Origin: Asterias rubens
Lineage: Eukaryota
Assembly: GCF_902459465.1 (NCBI RefSeq)
Contig: NC_047063.1
Span: forward strand, 7,254,001 to 7,318,000
Reading direction: 5' to 3'
DNA: 64,000 bases
A program made the position numbers and the translations under genes. Position 1 is the first letter of the stretch; each line of letters starts with the position of its first letter. Shown here piece after piece: positions 10,868 to 22,872 of this stretch. The notes below the pieces were generated by a model. That model saw nothing but the letters and a program-made list of their open reading frames with translations, was not told the DNA's origin and searched no databases.

Positions 10868-12699
10868 AGGCACTGGACACGTTTTGTAATTGGCAAAGAC
10901 CAGCTCACTTGGAGTATCTCAACATTATGCATAAAATAACAAACCTGTGAATATTTGGAGACAATTAATAATAATAATAATAATAAGACTTGTAATGCGC
11001 ACATATCCACCCTGCTGGGTGTTCAAGGCGCAGTAAAACCAAACACAAAACAAAAACAAAACACAACACAAAAGAAAAACAGACACAACAAAATCAGTCA
11101 TTGAAAACCTGTGACATAAGATAAGTTTTGAGAAGAGACTTGAATTTTGCAGTACAAAGACAAGATCGAAGATTAAGTGGTAGAGAGTTCCAGATGCGTG
11201 GCGCGGCTGAAGAAAAAGACCTGTCACCCCATGAGTGTCGAGACTTGGGTTCAATGAGGAGAAGCATAGAACTTGATCGAAGATTCCTTGATGGAGTGTA
11301 AACTTGAAGCAGTTCAGAAATATAGTGGGGAGCCTTGCCATTAAGAGCTTTGTGGACAATGAGCATCAGCTTTAAGATGATTCGTTGAGAGATAGGGAGC
11401 CAGTGTAGTTGTTTCAGAATGGGGGTGATAGAACACGATTTTCTAGACAGTGTCACAATGCGGGCAGCAGTATTTTGGAGCCGTTGAAGTCTGGAAATCT
11501 GGTTGTTAGGAAGACTGTAGAGAAGAGCATTTCCGTTGTCAAGGCGAGAAGTAACAAATGCGTGAATGACCTTTTCAGTGGCACTTTTGTCCAAGTACTT
11601 GCGAATCTTACCTATATTCCTGATGTGATATGATGATAAACGAACAATGTTGTTGATGTGTGGCTGAAGTGTCATTGATGAATCAAAAATAACCCCTAAA
11701 TTCCGAGCTTTCAGCGAGGGAGCTATCCGAGCATCACCGATGGAGATGTATGGCACTGAAACCTTAGTTAACTGTTGACGTGACCCAAATAGAAGGAACT
11801 CTGTCTTATCATCATTTAACTTCAGGAAGTTTTGTTGTGTCCAACGTCGAATCTCTTGGATGCATTTCTCAAGTTTTGCAATAGATGCATTGGCGTTTTC
11901 TTGAGAAGATTTAAACGTGATGTATAGTTGAGTGTCGTCTGCGTACACATGGTAATTCAGATTAAATTTCAGGATGATGTCACGAATCGGTAAAGTGTAT
12001 AGCGTAAACCACTGCGGGCCGAGTACCGACCCCTGTGGCACAGAGTAGTTCAAAACAACAGGGTCGGATATCGCGGTGCCAATACATACATGCTGAGTTC
12101 TATTGTAGAGATACGATTTGCACCATGCTAGGGCTGTGTCCTCTATGCCAAGGTGATTCTGGAGCCGAGAGAGAAGGATGTTGTGATCGACAGTGTCAAA
12201 AGCAGCACTCAAGTCTAGCAGGACTAGTGCTGTAAGGTTACCATTGTCCATTGCAGAGAGAATATCGTTGCTCACACGGACTAGTGCAGCCTCGGTCCCA
12301 TGGAAAGGCTTGTATGCTGACTGGAACACGTCGGACAGGTTGAAAGTATGAATGTGATCAGAAATACGTGATGAAACTACTCGTTCGATGACTTTTCCAA
12401 GATATTTTAAGTTTGCAAATTTTTTAAATTGGTCGTTAAAATCAAGAGAGAACATTTGGAAGAAAAAACAGCCTTGTCGCACAGGTTTTGTGCTTTCAGA
12501 TGCCATAAATTCGATACCTCAGCTGAGGTCTGTTATTAAATTTAAATATTTTAGTGAGAAATCACTTATTTCTCAAAAACTACGTTGCTTCAGAGGGAGC
12601 CGTTTATCACAATTTTGTGTACTATCAACAGCTCTCCAAGTAAGTTTTTATGCTAACATTCCTACTATTTCCAGTAATTCACAATAGTGTCTGGTGCCT
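10868..12699. mobile_element. Kolobok-like MITE K1 split by a LINE (parts 10868-10966 and about 12427-12699)
   Basis: TTAA|AGGCACTGGACAC at 10868 and GTGTCTGGTGCCT|TTAA at 12699. The K1 consensus ctcaattggtcg is broken at aatt. Confidence 0.8.
10967..12418 (-). mobile_element. L2/CR1-group LINE, heavily 5'-truncated copy of the 1780-4217 element
   Basis: Near-identical RT C-half (only a few aa differences such as ARLEKW/AKLEKC), same 3' UTR and (TAT)n tail. The first ~30 aa of ORF 11094-12506 come from the flanking MITE read antisense. Confidence 0.93.
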
Positions 12700-13179
12700 T
12701 TAACGTCCGGTTTGACGTCAAAGTGACGCCACATGTGACAAACAGCATGTTCCGATTCAATTCATTTCAATAAATCATTTATTTCATGATGGCAGTTTTA
12801 AGACAAATGTACAAGTTATTTAAAAGTAAATTATTATTTAGGTGTGAATAAATAATGTCAAAAAATCAAACAGCGCAACAAAATGGCGTCACAAAACAAC
12901 GTGTCCCGATTCAATTTATTTCAACAAACATTAATTTCATGAGTGCAGTTACAAAGACAAGTACAGTCTCTGGAATGCGCTACCGCTTCACATACGTAGC
13001 GAACAGAAACTCATCTCTTTTAAATGTAATATAAAAACCTATCTTTTTAATACCGCTTTTTAGCTTTTTATGTCTTCTTCTATGGTCACCTTGCCAGTTA
13101 GTTTAGAATTTTAGCATAGTTAGGGTTAGAGGCGTCTGTCTCCTGAAAAGGTCAAAACATTACCGATGCCAGCAGAGAT

Positions 13180-13377
13180 AGGCCTATGTAATAAGTAATT
13201 AATTAGTTCTCTGTTGGCGGGACAGACGTATCCCCATACTTTTGTAACCAGTCTTTTTTCTTTGTCTTTTTCTTCCACTCTGTGCTTTTTAACAAGTGTT
13301 CTGTGCCTCTGATCATTTTGTATGTAAGGGGCGCAATATAAATTTTAATTATTATTATTATTATTAATGTCTATACT
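13180..13377 (+). mobile_element. LINE 3'-end remnant
   Basis: T-rich UTR, then gcctctg...aggggcgc stem, aatataaat and a (ATT)n tail. Confidence 0.45.
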
Positions 13378-14454
13378 ATGTATTGTACGTGTGAATAAAC
13401 AAAAATCTTCAAAAATTTCAAGAACCTTTAAATCATACAGCAATATACAATCACAGCCAACATGTAGGAAAACGTGAAGCAAATGTGATTTTATGCTTTT
13501 CTCTATGACCGACAATGACTTGGGCAGGACAAGGACAAAAACGAAACAGAGAGAGAGACCAAGTAAATGATGTAAGATGACTGCCATGACTGATTGATTT
13601 CGTCATCCACTCCGAATTTTGGAATTGAGAAGTTGGCACAGACATTCGCCCCTGATTTTCTGCTATAAAAAAAACCCGAGAATTTCGGCTTTGTCCAAAA
13701 GGTTGCATCAAATTGTTTATATCCAGTAGAAATTTTGAAATTTGGTTTGGTGTGTAAAATTCATTCAAATGTTCTGCTTGAAAGTTTTTTGAAATTTGGT
13801 TGCTCATAAACGTTAGTTCAAATTCTCTGCTAGTAGGAATTTGAAAATTTGGTTTCGTGTGAAACGTCATTAAAATTTGCTGCAAGTAGAATTGAAATTA
13901 TTTGTTTAGCTGTACTCTTTCGGACGAGGTAAACAATCCAACTTTCTGATAGCACAATTTGTTTTTTTAGAAAAGAGAATTTTTGGGGGAAATGGATTGA
14001 CCACTTTTGGTCCTCCACACCATGGTTTATCACAACAAAAGAATACCACGATATTGCTCTCTGGCGCTACTTTTGGCAGCTCTAGAAAACCTTTACTAAT
14101 ATTATAAAAACCTTAACTTTTATCAAGCATCAGATAATCTCTGCGCACAATTAAAGGGAAAATTGAAAAAAAAAATAAGATAGATTACTGTGTGTTTTCT
14201 TAATATAGGGATATTGACAAAGACACTGTATGCTGACACGGCCATCATTTATAGTTATTGGGGCTATTGGTTGTGCTAGCATTTTAGCTGCAGGTTGCAT
14301 AGCCTGACCATCTGACGTCACACTTCGAGGCTCGTGAATTATGCCAGAGAGTGGCTCGAGCCTGCGTCAATAATTGTACCACGGTCACGCGTGGTACGGA
14401 TGTACCGTTGATCTCACATTCATTTCGCAGTCAAATTCTACGTACACGTTTATG

Positions 14455-14679
14455 GTACTGGAAACTATGGGCAATAACTGTTAGCACAAAAAAAATACTT
14501 GGCAACAAGCAATGGAGAGCTGTTAATAGTAAAAAACCTTGTGAGAAATGGTGTTTCTTTCACAATTCTCTTTGCAACTTCGATGACCATTTGAGCAACA
14601 ATTTTCACATTGTTATTGTATGTTGGGATACACCAAGTGAGAATACTGGTCTTTGACAGTTACCAAGTGTCCAGTGCCT
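14455..14679. mobile_element. Kolobok-like MITE K1, internally deleted
   Basis: K1 left motifs joined to the right end GTGTCCAGTGCCT|TTAA. Confidence 0.7.
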
Positions 14680-15666
14680 TTAAACCATTAATTTGAAATA
14701 ACTTCTGTAAGTCATGAACCAGAAAGCGTGGAGTTAAATAATTAGGCTACATTATACAATTGTCCTACGAGGAAAGTAAAACCTTGATCTTAATTTGATG
14801 AAATCTTAATTCCTTCTTGTCAAATAATGTTAAATGAAACCTTAATTGATGCCAATCTTTTACGCAGAGTGCTTTTATTTCAACAGAAATGCAGCTATTG
14901 ATGCTTGGTTACACATTACTCAATGGGGCGGCCGGTAATAATGAGGTTAATGGGGGTTAAGGCCTGGATAAAAATCTTATTTCAAATCTAATAGATCAGA
15001 AAAGAAAAACAATTCAGTCGGCAAAAAGTTTTCTTTTAGAAGTTGCCGGCTTAATGTAGATAGCTCATAACAATGATATGGGGCGAACGACTCTAAGTGG
15101 TTTTGCAATTCTGAAAACGGCTCAATGTTTTGAAGTGCTCAGCTCATGTGTATTAAGTTGGGGGGGGGGCAGATGCTAGCAAGTTTATATATTTGTCATT
15201 GTGAGAAGACTCTTTCGATAATCAAGCTGAATATCTATTCAGTTAAAATAGTCTATTTTTTCGGGTTGGTGGTAAGTTATAAATTGCAACCACATCCGTA
15301 ATGATAAAAATGTCAATTTAGAGAAAAATGTGTATACATTTGGCAAACAAATAATCAAAATAACGAACGTTGACAAAGCATTACTGCATTTACGCTTCAC
15401 ATTATTTTGTATTCATATCAGCAATGGTTTTTAAAGCATGGACACATTTTGCTCTGGATCTATAAAACACGACCATCTTTTGAAACGAAATTGTCCACAG
15501 ATTAGTTTTATGGTAAATATTCACAACTCCCCAAGATTGAAAGAAACGAGCGTACACAGTCCCTTGAACGATGAACATTGTCTCGTCCCTACAAGTATGT
15601 CATACGAAAACAAAATCTTGAAAGTTGTATACCCATTACATGGTTACTTTAAAGACGATACCCTGG

Positions 15667-16605
15667 TTATTCCAAAGCATTAGTTTGCTCAAATCTCTTG
15701 CAAAATATCTGACGCAATCCATTACGAAACTGACGGTACTTGAAAGCGTAAATCATCGGGTTGACGCAAGAGTTTGTGGCAACCATTGCGACAGAGAGAT
15801 AATAAAACCATTCATTCAGCTTAATGTTAATGCCAAGATTAAACATGAAGAAGATTACTTGGTTCGGCGTCCAGCAGATCAAGAACGTGATGAAAACGAT
15901 CAGGAGCATCTTGAAGGTGTTACGTCTTGCCCGGAGGAGGGACTCGGCCATGTCCGGTGCGTTTGCTCCACCGGGAAGATGCTGGGCTGGTGCCGGGCCG
16001 ACACGGGCTGCTCCCCGCTTCATCTCCACACTGATGCGAATGTAAGCGAAGAGCATCACAGCAACTGGGACGACGTATTGAAGGATAACAACAAGAGTGC
16101 CAATAATGTTGGCTCCTGGAATGGAATTCCGAACACAGATGCCATCTTCAACTTTTGCGTAGAAAAGAAGATAAAACTTAGTAGCCAAATCAAGAATCCA
16201 GCACATCACAACTGTTAAAGCAACTTTCAGCCTAGGCCAAGTGATGAACGCCGCCTGGTACTTGAAGGGGTGAACTATAGCAAAATACCTCTCCATAGTC
16301 AACACCAACAGGTTAAACGTCGACAACGCAAAGAAAAAGAAGAGTGTTAAGTTAGTAAACCATAATCGGCAAATGAACCATCCCAATGGTCCATTTTGAA
16401 TAGGATACGGTAGCAAGAGCTCACTCTTAAGCAAAATAACCACAGAGCTCAAGAAGTCAATGACTGCTTGATGAAAGATAAAGGCGTTTGTACGCGTCTG
16501 CATTGATCGTACTTTGAAGATGACGAAGCAAACTAAACCATTACCCAGGATCCCAATAATGCCAACGATGTCTTGGTAGATACGCAGAGCAAGCAGGCCG
16601 TCCAT
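15667..16605 (-). CDS. Intronless class A GPCR (GPCR-2)
   Basis: 312 aa, 7TM, MERY, CWTP, NPMIY. Paralog of GPCR-1 with a distinct short C-tail (KRFEQTNALE). Confidence 0.93.
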   Translation of the reverse strand: MDGLLALRIYQDIVGIIGILGNGLVCFVIFKVRSMQTRTNAFIFHQAVIDFLSSVVILLKSELLLPYPIQNGPLGWFICRLWFTNLTLFFFFALSTFNLLVLTMERYFAIVHPFKYQAAFITWPRLKVALTVVMCWILDLATKFYLLFYAKVEDGICVRNSIPGANIIGTLVVILQYVVPVAVMLFAYIRISVEMKRGAARVGPAPAQHLPGGANAPDMAESLLRARRNTFKMLLIVFITFLICWTPNQVIFFMFNLGINIKLNEWFYYLSVAMVATNSCVNPMIYAFKYRQFRNGLRQIFCKRFEQTNALE

Positions 16606-18205
16606 CGTGCGTTTTAGTTTTCCAGACTCAATCTTCTCATGGTGTCATCGTTTCAGGATTTAGTTTTATTTACCCGTCCATAGTCATTTCATCATCATCG
16701 GCTCATATTATGAAGCGACCAGTGATTGACAAAATAACTCACTCTGTGGAAGTGAAGTTAATACAATCCACTAAGAAAGCAAATAGTCCCGGCCAATTTT
16801 CTAGCTTCCGCCTTTAGGTAGCAGTCAAAAAGTAGAACATTTCTTTTCAGAACTGACGATGACAAGAGCAAGCTAGTCGAAATGGTGAAACCAATTAAGA
16901 ACTCACTCCGCGATATAGTGAAGCTAATAAAGATCCACTTTAGCTGTTAGTACTCCCAGCCGATTTCCACCTTCCGCCCAGGTTGTAGTTAAAAAGTAAG
17001 GCGGTTATTTTCATAACTGATAAGTCTCCAGTATTCCCAAAATCTACTCCGGGTAGTAGCAAGACAGTTCTCTAAAGATCAGACCCTACATGGCAAGTAG
17101 ATACACACATGGTGTTATCGAAAACCAAATATAATATGCTGATACCTCACTATGCGATGCCTCAAATCTCAGATATAAGAAAAACACTTCAAGGCTACAT
17201 ACGCCATTTGTGACCATCTTATAAATTTACCCAACTACCAGAACCCGTGACTGTATCTATAAAATGCATTATTAAATCAGCAAACGAAGGGGCGGTTCAT
17301 TGATAATAATCCACGAGTACTCGTATTGATTATTCTGGGTTGAGGCCAAGTTTAATGGAATAAAGAATGGCTTTTCCATTTTTCGTGTTTTGTTTTCGGG
17401 GTTTTCCTTTGTGGTTTTTATTTTATTTTTAATATGCTATATCTAGTCTTCCACACGGCCATGCTCCGGCCTCGTTCGGGATAACAAGCGTGCTTTACGT
17501 TCATTATGTCTTGATTATATAAGTATTATAATTATATATAAGATTATATATGTATAGAGTACAATTAAGCCAATCAACAAGGTGAAGTTTGGACTGTTCC
17601 ATTCCACGAGGCCGGAGCCGAACGAAATGGAACCGCCCAGATTTTAATTAATGAATATGTATGAATCAAATCCATTCTTTATAGGTTCATACGCCTCTCT
17701 TTGTATTTATGCATGAGGTACGTCACAAGCCTCATTTTGGGTTAGAATTATGACGTCATGCATAAATATTAAGAGAGGTGTATACAGATCCTGGTTATTT
17801 CAACAACAGGTTACATTTTTGAAAGAAACATTTATAATTTAAAATGTCCGTTTGGCTATAAGGTGCATTCGGTGTTAATATAATATCCATTGTGTTGGCG
17901 TGCAAATTCACGAGGGTGCTCATAACGGGCAACGCAATCATTACTACTACGTACGGCCCTCAATGTAAAATCTACAGTACTAGAGTGTGTGCCAAGATAT
18001 ACGAAGCGTCACACGAGTCATATATTGATCAATATAGGATCGTACTGATATTGACCAATATAGGACTCTTTAACGCGTCATATAGACAGTGATCATACAC
18101 TAATTGCCATAAGGTATATAAAGAGTCCCGACACAACCAACATTTAATATTATACAACTTTGAAGTGTCGGAACACAGTGAATAGGGTCTATCATGGCAA
18201 ATAGT

Positions 18206-18552
18206 GTACGACACGTCACGCGTCAATCAAACGAAAGGAATCTATACGTAAATGTTACAAAATGTATGACACGTGACGCATGTTTAAACAATCAAACGAA
18301 AAGTACATGACACAAAACTTATGACACGTGGCACGTGCTCACCCAATCAAACGAAAGTAATTTATAAGTAGTACTTATTTTGGCACAAAGCGTATGACAC
18401 GTGACGCATGTTCACCCAATCAAACGCAAAGGACACAAGTAAATGTCACAAAGTGTATGACACGTGACGCATATTCAACCAATCAAACGAAAAGTAAAGT
18501 ACATGGCACAAAACATAAGACACTGGACTCGTGTTCACAAATCAAACGCAAG
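18206..18552. repeat. Degenerate tandem array, 6 units of about 55-75 bp
   Basis: Recurring ATGACACGTGACGC...(C)CAATCAAACG at about 18210, 18266, 18321, 18394, 18457, 18517. Confidence 0.8.
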
Positions 18553-18996
18553 TGCAGTAAAGCAAAACAATGGAATCCTGCCAAAGTTCCCAGATTTACG
18601 GTAATTAACGATCATAACAAAAGTACATACGAATTGGCGCCAGGATTCTCAGCATGGACGCACTTTCCGCTCTTTTCCTCAATTAGGTTTTGGTATTATC
18701 ATTGTAACTGTATTTTACGGGGTTCTGTCTTGGAGCTCTTATCAATGTTTAGACATGTATATTTCTATTTTTATCTTTTAACGGACAATAAAAAATAATT
18801 GAAATTAAGGATACAATCAATTATCTTAAGTAGAGAATGCTCTAGGAGTCACTAGATTCATAAAATAAGCAATTATCAAAATGGTAACTTAAATGGTTTG
18901 TACACATTTGTTAATGACAAAAAATGGCAATAAAAGCTCACTTTGGTAATACAAAAAGTACGGCAGCTTTGGATGGAGCATTTTGAGAAACTTTTA

Positions 18997-19553
18997 ATGG
19001 AGGTTATTTTCTCACAGAGAGTAACTCAATGGAGGTTATTTTCTCACAGAGAGTAACTCAATGGAGGTTATTTTCTCACAGAGAGTAACTCAATGGAGGT
19101 TATTTTCTCACAGAGAGTAACTCAATGGAGGTTATTTTCTCACAGACATTCACTCACTGGATGTTATTTTCTCAAATACAGTCACTCAGTTGAGGTTATG
19201 TTCTCACACGCCGTCTCTCAGTTGAGGTTATTTTCTCACACGCAGTAACTCAATGGAGGTTATTTTCTCACAGAGAGTAACTCAATGGAGGTTATTTTCT
19301 CACAGAGAGTAACTCAATGGAGGTTATTTTCTCACAGAGAGTAACTCAATGGAGGTTATTTTCTCACACGCAGTCACTCACTGGATGTTATTTTCTCACA
19401 GACAGTCACTCACTGGATGTTATTTTCTCACACACAGTCACTCAGTGGAGCTGAGTTATTTTTTCACACGCAGTCACTCAATGAAGGTTATTTTCTCACA
19501 GACAGTGTCTCCATGGAAGTTATTTTCTCACAGACAGTCTCTCTATGGAGGTT
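18997..19553. repeat. 32-bp minisatellite, about 17 units
   Basis: Unit ATGGAGGTTATTTTCTCACAGAGAGTAACTCA, starting at 18997, 19029 and onward. Confidence 0.95.
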
Positions 19554-19812
19554 AACTAATCTCAAAGTGCACTGAAAACTACACTATCGCTCTAACAACA
19601 CGATATTTTGTGCTAGATGTATCTCACAAATTGTTTTTTTTTTATAGTGTGAACCAACAAATAGAATTGAACTTGGAGTCACTTTACATATTAGAAAATA
19701 GGATTTTAAAAAACTGTGCATGGTGGAAGTATAACTAAGATGGGTTTTCGGAAACACATTGTGAATATCTCTTTTGAGTAGTGTTGGTCCTAAAAAAGAA
19801 CCAGTTTTTAGC

Positions 19813-19854
19813 GACTCAACGTTTCGACCGATATGTTCTGATCATCTTCAGGAG
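19813..19854 (-). ncRNA. Minimal hammerhead ribozyme motif in a Penelope-like terminal repeat fragment
   Basis: Minus strand ctc-CTGAAGA-t-GATC agaacatatc GGTC-GAAA-CG-TT-gag. Stem I is only 3 bp. Confidence 0.55.
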
Positions 19855-20029
19855 AATGCTAGATTCTGTTGCTGGATGCTGCTTAGGTACTTTAGGCTTG
19901 GTGATGCACGAATGCGGGAAACGTGTAAGCTGGGCTTAGATCAGTGAAGCACGCGCGGGCATGAGTGGGGCGTAAACCTCAAAAGAGATGTTATCCGTGA
20001 ACTTCTCTTAGTTAAACCATCATTTCAAA

Positions 20030-20520
20030 CAATTATATATTAATAATAATATTTATTATAACGACGAAGTATTATAAAGAACAGATATATCCACTAAATT
20101 GCTCAGGGCGCTATTGCAATGCCAACTAAAACAAACATTTTAACCAAAGTTCAAATACAAAAAAAATGATCTTTCGACATGAGATGTGTTTGAGAGATGT
20201 TTTGAAAGAGTGAATAAGAAGTGGATGTTTGATATAAAGAGGTAGTTGATTCCATAGACGAGATGCTGCAACAGAAGAAAACAATTCTGCCCCCCCCTCC
20301 CCGAGAGGTGTGCTGAGATCTGACTTCTTGAAGAAGATATTTATTTCCAGATCGAAGGTTGCGAGATGGTTTGTATAGGTTTAGAGCATGTCCAGAATGT
20401 AAGCAGGTGTTTGCCCATTAAATACTTTGAGATGAGTCTGTAGATGCTCCTAGATGATAATGGGAGCCAGTGAAGATCCAAAAGGACAAGTTTAAACGAT
20501 AGTATTTTGCGTTAAAGTGA
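20030..20520 (-). mobile_element. Old L2-type LINE 3' fragment (frameshifted)
   Basis: Minus-strand translation gives LDLHWLP, LKVFNGQTPAYIL and FSSVAASRLWNQLP, followed by a TAT-rich tail. Confidence 0.75.
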
Positions 20521-20994
20521 GTACACGTGCAGCAGTGAAACATCTTATCCTCTATAGGAGGGCACCTCCTCCCTTGATGGGATCCCAACTGTGGATATGT
20601 TCCGTGTACACCGATCCCTTCTTGGTAATTTAAGATGAAATGTTCAAGATTTTAACGTTGAGGCCAATAAGAACTCACTCCGTGGTAGTGCAGTTAATAA
20701 AAATCCTAGTAGTCCAAGTCGATTTTCTACCTCCCGCCCATGAAGCAGTGGAAACAGGACAGGTCTTTTCAGAACCGAGAAGTATCCCGAAAAAATCTGA
20801 AAATTCTACTATAGTAGTAGAATACAATAGCAAGACAGTTCTGTAAAGAACGAACTCCATCTGGAAAGTAGACACACACACGCAAAGCAAATACATGATA
20901 TTGATACCTCACCACGCATGGCCTCAAATCCAATTATAAAGAGTGTTTTGATACTAAGAGGTTATTTGTATACTTCTTCAAGAGTACCAATGCG

Positions 20995-21954
20995 TTACCC
21001 GGTACCGGTTGATATTGTGCTCATATCATTTGCTTGATTTCGTTGGCGGCAAAATATCTGACGTAATCCATTACGAAACTGACGGTACTTGAAAGCGTAA
21101 ATCATCGGGTTGACGCAAGAGTTTGAGGCAACCATTGCGACAGAGAGATAATAAAACCAGCCACTGAGCGGTATATCGAAACCGAGATTAAACAACAGAA
21201 AGATAATCTGGTTGGGTGTCCAGCAGATCGAGAAAGTGATGAAGACGATCAGAAGCATCTTAAAGGTGTTGCGTCTTGCACGGAGGAGGGACTCGGCCAT
21301 GTCCGGTGCGTTTGCTCCACCGGGAAGATGCTGGGCTGGTGCCGGGCCGACACGGGCTGCTCCCCGTTTCATCTCCACACTGATGCGAATGTAAGCGAAG
21401 AGCATCACAGCAACTGGGATGACGTATTGCATGACTACCACAAGAGTTCCGATAATGGTAGAACCTCGAATCGCAACCGGAACGCACTTTCCGTTCTTTG
21501 CCTCAAAATTGAAGAGGCAGTATACTATCGGGATAAAGGCCAGAACCCAAGACACCGCCATGCACACACCGACTTTGAGCTTGGGCCGAGTAGCGAACGC
21601 TGCCTGGTACTTGAAGGGGTGAACGATGGCGTAGTACCGCTCCATGGTTAACACCAACAGGCTACTCGTCGACTCCAGAAAAATGTAGAACTGGAGGCAG
21701 TTAATATGCCAGACGTGACAGAGGAACCAGCCTAGGCCATCGCTTGGGATTATCTCAGGCACTGGGATTTCACTTCTCAAGACGATCAAGATGGAGCCCA
21801 ATAGATCAATGACTGCCTGATGAAATATGAAGGCGTTTGTACGCGTCTGCATTGATCGTACTTTGAAGATGACGAAGCAAACTAAAACATTGCCAAGGAT
21901 CCCAATAATGCCAACGATGTCTTGGTAGATACGCAAAACAAGAGTTTCCTCCAT
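20995..21954 (-). CDS. Intronless class A GPCR (GPCR-3)
   Basis: 319 aa, 7TM, MERY, CWTP, NPMIY. C-tail is homologous to GPCR-1 (QANDMSTISTGTG vs DANDISAITSGTG). Confidence 0.93.
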   Translation of the reverse strand: MEETLVLRIYQDIVGIIGILGNVLVCFVIFKVRSMQTRTNAFIFHQAVIDLLGSILIVLRSEIPVPEIIPSDGLGWFLCHVWHINCLQFYIFLESTSSLLVLTMERYYAIVHPFKYQAAFATRPKLKVGVCMAVSWVLAFIPIVYCLFNFEAKNGKCVPVAIRGSTIIGTLVVVMQYVIPVAVMLFAYIRISVEMKRGAARVGPAPAQHLPGGANAPDMAESLLRARRNTFKMLLIVFITFSICWTPNQIIFLLFNLGFDIPLSGWFYYLSVAMVASNSCVNPMIYAFKYRQFRNGLRQIFCRQRNQANDMSTISTGTG

Positions 21955-21974
21955 GTTTTTTGGGTTGTCTCGGA

Positions 21975-22770
21975 ATTGAATTGCAGCAATTGAGTACGAA
22001 GCAATAAAGGCCCTAGCTCTCTAATTGTCACTACGTCCAGATACTTCATAAACAGAAATCAACTTATGAGCTTGAATACGGTGTACGGTAGTTCTTTGTT
22101 GGTGAAATCACTTTTAATAAAATCTCGATAGAAAAAGTAATCCACGCGCACAAAACCTTAGGATTGAATTGCAGCAATATAAGTACAAGGAGCGATAGTA
22201 ACTGCTAGTAAAGTTCAAACACTTTATAAACAGAAATCAACGTATAATCTTGATTTTATCATAGAAAGAGTAATCCATGCGCACAAAACCTTGACATTCG
22301 AGTCTGAAAATTAACAGCCGAAACAACGGTGTCCTGATATAGATACAGGGCGAGTATATCTCTCAATCGTCCTCTAGATGGCAAATTGATATGTTAAGTG
22401 AAGTAGGCACAGTTAATAACACGGTGTACGGAAGTTATTTCTTGGCGAATTCACTAATCAATCCTTATAAGAAGAGTAATCCATGAGCACAAAATGTTAA
22501 AATTTGAATCTTGTGTCCCAATAGATGACAGTGCAAGTAGTTCCCTCAATATCGTTTTCTCGATGGCAAATAGATGTTGGTGAAGTAATAGGCACAGTTA
22601 ATAACGTATTCTTGGCGAATCCACTAATCAATCCTTGTTAGAAAGAGTAATCCATGAGCACAAAATGTTGAAATTTGAATTATTGTCCTGATGCCAGGGC
22701 GAGTAGTTCGTTCTATATCGTATTCCCGGTGATAGATAGATTTGTTGAGTGAAGCAGTCACAATTAATAT
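21975..22770. repeat. Degenerate tandem duplications in the GPCR-3 5' flank
   Basis: AGTAATCCA(C/T)G(C/A)GCACAAAA recurs with TAATCC at 22138, 22271, 22477 and 22648, along with shared flanking blocks. Confidence 0.75.
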
Positions 22771-22831
22771 ACCAATTGATCGGTAAGTCTGTTAGTCACT
22801 TACCATGTCTCGCCAGAAACCATATTTAATA

Positions 22832-22833
<2 letters not shown>

Positions 22834-22869
<36 letters not shown>
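22834..22869. repeat. (TA)n microsatellite
   Basis: Directly visible; abuts the hammerhead-bearing fragment. Confidence 0.95.
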
Positions 22870-22871
<2 letters not shown>

Positions 22872-22872
22872 T

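Noticed and set aside
15625-16218. Antisense ORFs overlapping the GPCRs (197 aa here; also 7979, 8134, 21328, 31717)
   Set aside because: Shadow frames of GC-richer coding sequence, repeated only because the paralogs are similar; no recognisable domain.
18997-19553. Regular 32-bp array as a CRISPR
   Set aside because: Units are head-to-tail with no unique spacers, there are no cas genes, and the context is eukaryotic; it is a minisatellite.
20675-20896. Duplicated module as a pseudogene exon
   Set aside because: Homologous copies do not keep a common reading frame and no protein family is recognisable.
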